62,392 nt of DNA, taken from contig JBCCEK010000004.1 in the NCBI GenBank assembly GCA_039030295.1, forward strand, positions 1-62,392. The letters run 5' to 3'. Every line of letters starts with the position of its first letter. Positions within the stretch are counted from its first letter, which is position 1. This DNA comes from Myxococcota bacterium (lineage in GTDB: Bacteria; Myxococcota_A; Polyangia; Polyangiales; Houyiibacteriaceae). Below, piece after piece: positions 8,603 to 16,106 of the stretch. A model generated the notes under the pieces. It was not told where the DNA came from and ran no database searches. It saw only the letters and a list, made by a program, of their open reading frames with translations. The position numbers and the translations under genes are program-made.

Positions 8603-9024
8603 GTGGCAGGGATTGGCGCTCGTTCGGGCGCTTCCACACGAAGCTCTATCGACTGCTCGGCGGCCGCTTCGTCGGTAGCTTGGGTGGCGGGCGCAAGGTT
8701 CTGCTACTCACGACGACGGGACGGAAGAGCGGCCTTGCTCGAACGTTACCGTTGATCTTCATGGACCACGAAGGCGCCTATATCGTGTATGCATCGAACG
8801 GCGGCCAGGAGTCCCCGCCTGCCTGGTGGCTCAATCTCCGTGCCAACCCCGAGGCGTCGGTCCAGATCGGAACGAGATCGGAGCCCGTCGTGGCAAGGGC
8901 CCTCAGCCAGGCCGAGTATGGTTCGGTATGGCCGAAGGCGGCGGCGTACAACAGCCATTGGCGAGGCTACCAGCAGAGCGTCGAGCGCGAGATCCCGCTC
9001 ATCGCACTCGAACCACGCCCATAA
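8599..9024 (+). CDS. deazaflavin(F420)-dependent nitroreductase family protein (Ddn/DUF385-like)
   Basis: KLYRLLGGRFVGSLGGGRKVLLLTTTGRKSGLARTLPL..YIVYASNGGQESPPAWWLNLRANPEASVQ. ATGA overlap with the kstD-like stop. Confidence 0.8.
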   Translation: MSGRDWRSFGRFHTKLYRLLGGRFVGSLGGGRKVLLLTTTGRKSGLARTLPLIFMDHEGAYIVYASNGGQESPPAWWLNLRANPEASVQIGTRSEPVVARALSQAEYGSVWPKAAAYNSHWRGYQQSVEREIPLIALEPRP

Positions 9025-9040
9025 GTTCGGTACCGGGGCG

Positions 9041-11362
9041 CTAGAGGGGATCGATGTCGAGCGAGGCTCTGGCTGGTGCGACCCCATCTTCGATCCTCGC
9101 AGCCAGCCCTGCGGCGACCGCGCGCAGGTTCTTTCGGACGGGCGACTTGAGAAGGACACGATAGTGGTAGCGGCCGCGCAAGCGAGCGAGAGGCGCAGGT
9201 GCCGGCCCGAGGACCTGCACCACCCCGTCGCGGGCGGCCTCATGTCGCTTGGCGACTTCAGCCAGGTGCGTGGCGGCGGCGCGTGCCTCCGATTCGGCTC
9301 CGGCGTGGACACGGACGGTCACGAGTCGGGCGAACGGTGGATAGCCAACCTGTTCCCGAGATGCGACCTCAGACGCAAAGAACGACTCGTAGTCGTGCCG
9401 CGCCGCGTACTGGATGGCAGGATGCTCCGGCTGGTAGGTCTGCAAGACGACTTTACCGGGCGTCTCGGCGCGCCCCGCCCTTCCCGCCACCTGAGCCAAC
9501 AACTGAAACGTTCGCTCCGAGGCGCGGAAGTCAGGAAAGGCGAGGCTTTGGTCGGCCGACACCACACCGACGAGGGTGACGCGCGCGATGTCGTGCCCTT
9601 TGGTGACCATCTGCGTGCCCACGAGAACGTCGACGTCCCCGCGCCGAAGCCGATCGAGAACTTCCTCGACCCCGATACCGGTCGCAGTGTCCCGATCGAG
9701 GCGGGCGACGCGTGCGGCTGGAAAACTCTCGACGATCGCCGCCTCGAGTTGCTCCGTCCCAAGCCCTAGACGTGCATGCTCGAGCCCTCCACAAGACTTG
9801 CACGGCGCGCCGACGTGCTGCCGGAAGTCGCAGTAGTGACAACGCAACGCGCGCTGGCTTCGATGCTCGGTCAACGCGACGCTGCATGCAGGACACTCGG
9901 CCACCGAACCGCAAGCAAGACAACGAACACTCGGAGAGAAGCCGCGACGATTCAAGAAGAGGATCGCTTGATACCCCGCCTCGAGGCAGTCCCCGATCGC
10001 CGAATGTAGCGGACCGGACAACAGACGGTGACCGGTCGGCCCCTGCCGATGTCGCCGCAAGTCGACCACCTCGACCTCTGGGAGCTTCTGGCCGGTGGCG
10101 CGCCGTGGAAGAGAAAGCAGCCGAAGCCCGCCATCGAGTGCTCGCTGATAGGTCTCGACGGCCGGCGTGGCGCTGCCGAGCACACACGTTGCACCGGCGT
10201 AGTGCGCGCGCAGCAGCGCCATGTCCCGTGCTTGGTACCGAAACCCATCATCTTGTTTGAAGGACGGGTCGTGCTCCTCGTCGACGACGATCATGCCGAG
10301 GTCGGCGACGGGGGCAAACAACGCCGAGCGTGCACCCACCGCAATCCGCACGCGACCCGATCGAAGAGACTGCCAGGCGTCGTCCCGCTGCCTGGCGGTG
10401 AGGGCGCTGTGGAGAACCGCGATCTCGTCGCCGAACCGAGCCCGGAACCGCCCGACGAGCTGAGGGGTGAGTGCGATCTCAGGAACCAGGAGGATCGCAC
10501 TGCGTTGGAGTCGACGCACTTCGTCGATCGTCCGAAGGTAGACCTCCGTCTTGCCCGATCCGGTGACACCGTGAAGCAGGAACGCGCCCGCGTCTCGCTC
10601 CCGCACCGCCTTCGTGATCGCGTCGATCGCAAGCTGCTGCTCGGCCGTGGGCGTTGGGGGCTCGTCGCGGGACACTTGGCTCAAGAAGAACGGGTCGCGG
10701 TGGGCGTCCACCTCCTCGACGGAAAGGAGACCGCGCTGCTCGAGCCCGCGAACGACTGCGCGTGGGTCCGAGACCAACTTGCGAACCTCGTCCAGCATGA
10801 GCGAGGGCCGTTCGTTGAACGCGTCGAGGACGCGAAGCTGGCGTGCTCCGAACCGCGTTTCGGGACGTTCAAGGGAAGTGCGCGAGATCTTCCATGTCTT
10901 CGGGCGGGCGACCCGTTGGCCGGGAAGGTTCTCCTCGGGGGCGAGAAACCCATCTTTGCGCAGCCGTTTCATCGCGCCCGAAGGAAGTGCTGGAGCGGCC
11001 GCGCGAAGGACCTCTCCGAGCGGGTGCATGTAGTACTTCGCGGCTTGCTCGAGGAAGTGGAAGAGCTCCCGCGTGAAGACCGGCTCGTCCTCGAGGAGAC
11101 CGGCAACGGGAAGTGCACGCTTGACGTCGGCTGGGAGCTCGCTTCTGAAGCGGACGACGAAGCCCGACAGCTTGCGACCACTGAATGGCACCGCGACCCG
11201 GCACCCCGGCGCCAAGTGCGCGCCAAGCGAGTCGGGAACGCGGTATGTGAAGGAGCGGCGGAGAGGAACCGGCAGTGCGACCTCGGCAAACGCGCGCGCG
11301 TTCGTCGCCACCGGCGGGACGACCGTTGGGCTACTTGGATTCGCGGGCAACGAGCGTTCCAT
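9041..11362 (-). CDS. priA: primosomal protein N' (replication restart helicase PriA)
   Basis: Walker A GVTGSGKT, VVDEEHD box, and Cys-rich zinc region CLACGSVAECPACSVALTEH..CHYCDF. The 5' end overlaps the tsaD 3' end by 32 nt, so a downstream start is possible. Confidence 0.92.
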   Translation of the reverse strand: MERSLPANPSSPTVVPPVATNARAFAEVALPVPLRRSFTYRVPDSLGAHLAPGCRVAVPFSGRKLSGFVVRFRSELPADVKRALPVAGLLEDEPVFTRELFHFLEQAAKYYMHPLGEVLRAAAPALPSGAMKRLRKDGFLAPEENLPGQRVARPKTWKISRTSLERPETRFGARQLRVLDAFNERPSLMLDEVRKLVSDPRAVVRGLEQRGLLSVEEVDAHRDPFFLSQVSRDEPPTPTAEQQLAIDAITKAVRERDAGAFLLHGVTGSGKTEVYLRTIDEVRRLQRSAILLVPEIALTPQLVGRFRARFGDEIAVLHSALTARQRDDAWQSLRSGRVRIAVGARSALFAPVADLGMIVVDEEHDPSFKQDDGFRYQARDMALLRAHYAGATCVLGSATPAVETYQRALDGGLRLLSLPRRATGQKLPEVEVVDLRRHRQGPTGHRLLSGPLHSAIGDCLEAGYQAILFLNRRGFSPSVRCLACGSVAECPACSVALTEHRSQRALRCHYCDFRQHVGAPCKSCGGLEHARLGLGTEQLEAAIVESFPAARVARLDRDTATGIGVEEVLDRLRRGDVDVLVGTQMVTKGHDIARVTLVGVVSADQSLAFPDFRASERTFQLLAQVAGRAGRAETPGKVVLQTYQPEHPAIQYAARHDYESFFASEVASREQVGYPPFARLVTVRVHAGAESEARAAATHLAEVAKRHEAARDGVVQVLGPAPAPLARLRGRYHYRVLLKSPVRKNLRAVAAGLAARIEDGVAPARASLDIDPL

Positions 11363-12404
11363 CGGCCCGAAACTTGCCGCGCCGCCTTTCCGGGTCGCGG
11401 GAGTAGATGGGAAAAGAGAGATCGTCCCGTTCGCCAGCCTGAAGTCGATGCAGGCCCGCGACCGCGATCATAGCCGCGTTGTCGGTGCATGAGACCGGGG
11501 GTGGCACATACAACTCGATTCCGGCAGCCTCGCACGCCTCCTTCGCGCGCGCGCGAAGGCCGCGGTTCGCTGCGACGCCGCCCGTGATCACCAGCTGGTT
11601 GAGGCCCTCTCGCTCGCACGCCAGCACGGACTTTCGAACGAGGCTCTCGACGATGACCCCTTGGAAAGAAGCACAGATATCGGCCAGGCGTCCTTCGTCT
11701 TCGGGGACTCCTTCCTGCTGCACATGGCGAGCGAGGGCGGTCTTCAAGCCCGAGAAGCTGAACTCGAGTGTCTTCTTGGACGCCATCGGCATCGGAAAGT
11801 GCACCGCCTTCGGGTCGCCCTTGGCCGATAGCTTGTCGATTACCGGCCCTCCCGGATACCCGAGACCGAGAATCTTCGCAGCCTTATCGAACGCCTCGCC
11901 CGCAGCGTCGTCGCGGGTCTGAGCAAGGAGCGCGATCTGCGCGAACCCCTCGACGCGGTAGAGCGCGGAGTGCCCGCCACTGACGAGAAGAGCGACATAA
12001 GGCATCTCGGGAACCGGATCGGCCTCGCGATCGGGGCGTTGCAGATAAACCGCGAACAGATGGCCGTCGAGATGGTTCACGCCGACGAGGGGCTTGTCGA
12101 GACTCCACGCGAGCGCTTTCGCAACTTGCACACCGACTAGGAGAGACCCGACGAGACCCGGACCTTGGGTGACCGCGATGGCGTCGATCGCGTCGAGGCC
12201 GCCCGGGACCGAGCCGAGCGCTTCCCGAACCACAGGGACCACCGCCTGCATGTGGGCGCGCGAGGCAAGCTCCGGAACGATCCCACCGTATGGACCGTGA
12301 GTCGCGATCTGACTTGCCACGACGTCGGCTAGCACCTGGCCATGTTCATCGACGATGGACGCAGCGGTCTCGTCGCACGAACTCTCAATGCCGAGAACGC
12401 GCAT
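11331..12404 (-). CDS. tsaD: tRNA N6-adenosine threonylcarbamoyltransferase
   Basis: ORF 11331..12449 trimmed to ATG 12404 (MRVLGIESSCDETAA). Kae1/TsaD family throughout. Confidence 0.93.
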   Translation of the reverse strand: MRVLGIESSCDETAASIVDEHGQVLADVVASQIATHGPYGGIVPELASRAHMQAVVPVVREALGSVPGGLDAIDAIAVTQGPGLVGSLLVGVQVAKALAWSLDKPLVGVNHLDGHLFAVYLQRPDREADPVPEMPYVALLVSGGHSALYRVEGFAQIALLAQTRDDAAGEAFDKAAKILGLGYPGGPVIDKLSAKGDPKAVHFPMPMASKKTLEFSFSGLKTALARHVQQEGVPEDEGRLADICASFQGVIVESLVRKSVLACEREGLNQLVITGGVAANRGLRARAKEACEAAGIELYVPPPVSCTDNAAMIAVAGLHRLQAGERDDLSFPIYSRDPERRRGKFRADGTLVARESK

Positions 12405-12976
12405 CAGAGAGCCTCCCTGTCGAGCGAAAAGAAGCCGTAGAAGTCGCAATCGCCAGCCTCGAGTTCAGCACAGTCGTTCGGATCACAAATGGTGAGGCCG
12501 GAGCCTGCCACCACGCGCACTTCGATCGAACCTCCACGTATCAGGGACATAAACACCATCGCGTCTCTTCCAGCGAGCGGTCCACTCTCAGGACGGGCGA
12601 CGAACATGTAGTTGCGGAGCCTCCCGCGGCCGGGGATTTCGTACAGCCCCAACTGGTCGTGCGCCAATGGTGGGATGGGCAGCAACGGAGTGTCCTCGAA
12701 GGTCGCGGCACAAGCCTCACCGCGTGTCGAGATCGTGCCTGGGTCGTCGAAGGCACTGAACGGATCGAAGCGGAGGTCGAGCGACGTCCCGAAAGGAAAG
12801 CCGCGCCGAATGAACGAGCAGTCCACGCCGTCCGGGCACACCTCGGGGTCGTTGACGCCGGCGACCGCACCTGTGTAGATCTCGTCGTCGCCGGTGTTGA
12901 ACTCACTCAGGGAGTCGCACCCGAGCACGGCGAGAACAACCCACAAGAACACACCAACCCGCATGCGGCGAATCAT
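12404..12976 (-). CDS. hypothetical lipoprotein
   Basis: Signal plus lipobox MIRRMRVGVFLWVVLAVLGC. No family recognised. Its TGA shares one base with the tsaD ATG (TGATG). Confidence 0.6.
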   Translation of the reverse strand: MIRRMRVGVFLWVVLAVLGCDSLSEFNTGDDEIYTGAVAGVNDPEVCPDGVDCSFIRRGFPFGTSLDLRFDPFSAFDDPGTISTRGEACAATFEDTPLLPIPPLAHDQLGLYEIPGRGRLRNYMFVARPESGPLAGRDAMVFMSLIRGGSIEVRVVAGSGLTICDPNDCAELEAGDCDFYGFFSLDREAL

Positions 12977-13031
12977 AGAGGAAGCCCGCGGCAGGGGCCA
13001 TCAGCCCGTCAGTGACTCGACCCTCGAGGCC

Positions 13032-16000
13032 CTAAATGCTAGCCCGCAGCGTCTTGCTGGCCGACAGCCAACGGCGATAACCCGGGGCGTCACCCGCTTG
13101 TGCCGCCAGCGAAGCGGCGTCCTCGTAACGGAGTTGGGCGTCTCGGGCGCGACCTGCCAGCTCGTCGATCGACCCCAGCATTCCAACGGCTCGCGCCACG
13201 ACGCTGAGTGAACCTCGACGACGGCCGTGCTCCTCGACTCGCGACAGCTCGCGAGCCGCGCCTTCGTGCTCCCCCGCGGCGGTCAGGGCATCAGCGAGCT
13301 CAAGTGTCGTCCGAGTGATCACGTCGGCCGGAGCCCCTGTCTCTCCAAAGAGCTCGAGTGCCCTTCGGTACGCGTTGGCCGCGTGTTGAGGGTCCCCCTC
13401 CATGCGACGGATCCGTCCGATCGCAACCTGGAGGTGCGACTCGATCTCCGGCTCGACCCCGGCCACCAACTCGAGCGCCTGGCCGAACTGTCGCATCGCG
13501 TCGCGTGGCCGATCACGGCGCGCGGCGATGCGTCCGAGCGCCAGCAGCATGCGCGCGCGGTCGGGACTTCGAGGGTCGGTGAGGTCGAGCGCCTCGCGCA
13601 AAACCCCGTCCGCGCCCGCCGGGTCCCCACCCCGAGACATCGCCTCGCCAAGCTTGCGGCTGAACGTGGAGATCGCGCGATCGAGGACCGTGTCACCACT
13701 CTCGAGGGTTTCTCTTCGGGCGAGCTCGAGGGCGCGTCGGTACTGCGCGACCGCACCGAGATGGTCACCGCGCACCATAGCCGCGTCTCCGGTTCGTTCG
13801 AGAACGACCAGGCTCGTGACGGCTTCGACGCCGCGGAAAGCATGGAGGGCTCGAACTTCTTCGGGAGCACGAAGTTCGCTCAGGACACCGTAGGCCGCGC
13901 GGTGCAGGTCTCGGCGCGCTTCGGCGGGAATCGAGGCCTCGACGAGCTCGGCGATGAAGGGATGAACGATGCTGCCCCGAGACCCGTTGAGTTGGATGAT
14001 CGAGTTGCCGGCCAACTCGTCGAGACCCTCGAGCTGGTCGTCTCCAGAGACTTCACGAAGCGCATCGAGATCACAGGTGCGGCCAAGCACCGCCGCGGCC
14101 TGAAGCAAGCGCTGGGCATCGACGTCGAGACGCTCGATCCGCTGGAGTACGGCATCCGCAAGCCGTGGCGGAGGTCCGTCATCAGGCGAGACGCCAAGCG
14201 CCTCGAGCTGCTCGAGGTGCAAAGGGAGCACTCTCCCGATCGCATCGGTGAGCCGGTGAAGGCCGGACACGAGTCGGAGCTGAAAGGAGCCCGCCAAGAA
14301 CCGCTGCGCGTCTTCGGAGCTCAGCCCGTCGAGCCTGACGAGTTCGTTGGCATGCACACCCCGATCGTCGTCCCCGGCGGTGACCAGCAAGACCGGCTCG
14401 TTCCCTAAGACTCGAGCCAACTCGACGACGGTACGTTGCGTCAGGCCATCGCAATAGGGGAGATCATCCACGATCAGCATCACGCGCCCGCTGACCGCAC
14501 GCCCACGCGCCCGCCGCACCGCACAAGCAAGCGCCTCGGCTACAGCACCGGTGCGAGAGCGCCCATCGCCACCGAAGAGCCCGGCGGGGTTGATGACCTC
14601 CTGTACCCCAGCGCCGGCGAGAGCAGACCCGAGTTCTTCGCCACGGTCAGCCATCCGCTTCAACTCTGAATCGTCGACCTCGAGGAGCTCGGCGAGGATG
14701 GTGCGTACTGCGGTGTAGGGAACGGGCGCGCCGGTGGGGTGAGCACCCGCGCCGACCACCAGGTCGCCTTCGGCAGCCGCGATCTCGGCGATCTCGGTCA
14801 GGAAGCGCGTCTTGCCGACCCCTGATTCTCCCCACACGTGAACCCAGTGACTCCCTTGGGACGCCGCGTGTCGCGCCTCCTTCAGTACCTGGAACTCGGC
14901 CTCGCGACCGATGAAATCTCGTTGTGACCCGAGCGGGGGGTAAAACGACGGTCGCAGCGAGTGGTGGCTTGCGTAGGAGGGACGAGCGCTGCCGAGGCGG
15001 GCTCCGCACTCGCCACAGAAGTTCTGGGAGAGCGTGACCTGCGCCCCACAGTTGGGACACGGGATGATCGAGGCCCGTTGGACACGCAGCTCTTCGAGAG
15101 CTTCGCGAAGGGCTTGCTGCATGTCTCGAGCCGTCTGATAGCGATCGTCGGCGTTCTTGGCGAGCGCTTTCATGGTGACTGCGGCGAGTCGATCCGGGAT
15201 GTTGCGATTCGGGCTGGCGAGCCGAGGATCAGGCACCGGGTCGTTCAGGTGCCGAAGCACGACACGCGTCGGGGTGTCGTCAATGAACGGAAGGTGTCCT
15301 ACCATCAACTCGAAGAGCACGACGCCGAGGGCGTAGATGTCGCCGCGACCGTCGACATCATCCCCTCGTCCCTGCTCTGGTGACATGTAGTCCGGCGTAC
15401 CGCAGACGAGGCCGGGCTTGGTGATCGAGCTCTCACCACCGACGATCGTCGCCAAGCCGAAGTCGACGACCTTCACCAGATCGTCGCCGGATCGAAGTGG
15501 CCGAAGGATGATATTCTCGGGCTTTAGATCGCGATGCACGATCCCAAGCTCGTGTGCCTCCCCAAGTGCATCGAGGCTGTTGACCAGGATGTTGCAGATG
15601 CGATCCGGCGCGAGCGGCCCTTCCTCATGCATGATGAGGGCGAGGTCCTTGCCGCTCAGAAACTCCATCGCGAGATAGAGGATGCCGTCATCGGTTCGGC
15701 CGAAGTCGATGATACTGACGCTGTTTGGGTGGTTGAGGCGACTCGAGGCCCGAGCTTCTTGGTAGAAGCGAGCCACGGTCTGCTCGTCCCCCAAGAGATG
15801 GGGGTGGATCACCTTGACGGCGACCGTACGACCGAGCGTCGATTGCTCAGCCTTGTAGACACGCCCCATCCCTCCGACGCCGACGACTTCCTGCAGAAGA
15901 TAGGTGCCCCCGACGATTCGACCGATCAACGGATCGGCGCCGCCGGCGCCCCCGCCTTCGTCAGACGGCGCCCCGCAGGCCGAGCAAAACCGGGCGTCGT

Positions 16001-16037
16001 CTTCGATGGCAGCGCCGCAGTGAAGGCAAAGGTGCAC
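13032..16037 (-). CDS. Ser/Thr protein kinase fused to zinc ribbons, a STAND-type P-loop ATPase and TPR repeats
   Basis: CLHCG..CSACG zinc ribbon. Kinase motifs GVGGMGRVYKA, VAVK, HRDLKPEN, DFGLA, YMSPEQ. Second ribbon CPNCG..CGECG. Walker A GESGVGKT. The C-terminal half is TPR-like. GTG start. Confidence 0.9.
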   Translation of the reverse strand: MHLCLHCGAAIEDDARFCSACGAPSDEGGGAGGADPLIGRIVGGTYLLQEVVGVGGMGRVYKAEQSTLGRTVAVKVIHPHLLGDEQTVARFYQEARASSRLNHPNSVSIIDFGRTDDGILYLAMEFLSGKDLALIMHEEGPLAPDRICNILVNSLDALGEAHELGIVHRDLKPENIILRPLRSGDDLVKVVDFGLATIVGGESSITKPGLVCGTPDYMSPEQGRGDDVDGRGDIYALGVVLFELMVGHLPFIDDTPTRVVLRHLNDPVPDPRLASPNRNIPDRLAAVTMKALAKNADDRYQTARDMQQALREALEELRVQRASIIPCPNCGAQVTLSQNFCGECGARLGSARPSYASHHSLRPSFYPPLGSQRDFIGREAEFQVLKEARHAASQGSHWVHVWGESGVGKTRFLTEIAEIAAAEGDLVVGAGAHPTGAPVPYTAVRTILAELLEVDDSELKRMADRGEELGSALAGAGVQEVINPAGLFGGDGRSRTGAVAEALACAVRRARGRAVSGRVMLIVDDLPYCDGLTQRTVVELARVLGNEPVLLVTAGDDDRGVHANELVRLDGLSSEDAQRFLAGSFQLRLVSGLHRLTDAIGRVLPLHLEQLEALGVSPDDGPPPRLADAVLQRIERLDVDAQRLLQAAAVLGRTCDLDALREVSGDDQLEGLDELAGNSIIQLNGSRGSIVHPFIAELVEASIPAEARRDLHRAAYGVLSELRAPEEVRALHAFRGVEAVTSLVVLERTGDAAMVRGDHLGAVAQYRRALELARRETLESGDTVLDRAISTFSRKLGEAMSRGGDPAGADGVLREALDLTDPRSPDRARMLLALGRIAARRDRPRDAMRQFGQALELVAGVEPEIESHLQVAIGRIRRMEGDPQHAANAYRRALELFGETGAPADVITRTTLELADALTAAGEHEGAARELSRVEEHGRRRGSLSVVARAVGMLGSIDELAGRARDAQLRYEDAASLAAQAGDAPGYRRWLSASKTLRASI

Positions 16038-16106
16038 CTATGCAGCATATCCCACCGCATGCAGGGCTCAAACTCGACAGGGCTTCGCTGAACACCTGGG
16101 AAGTGG

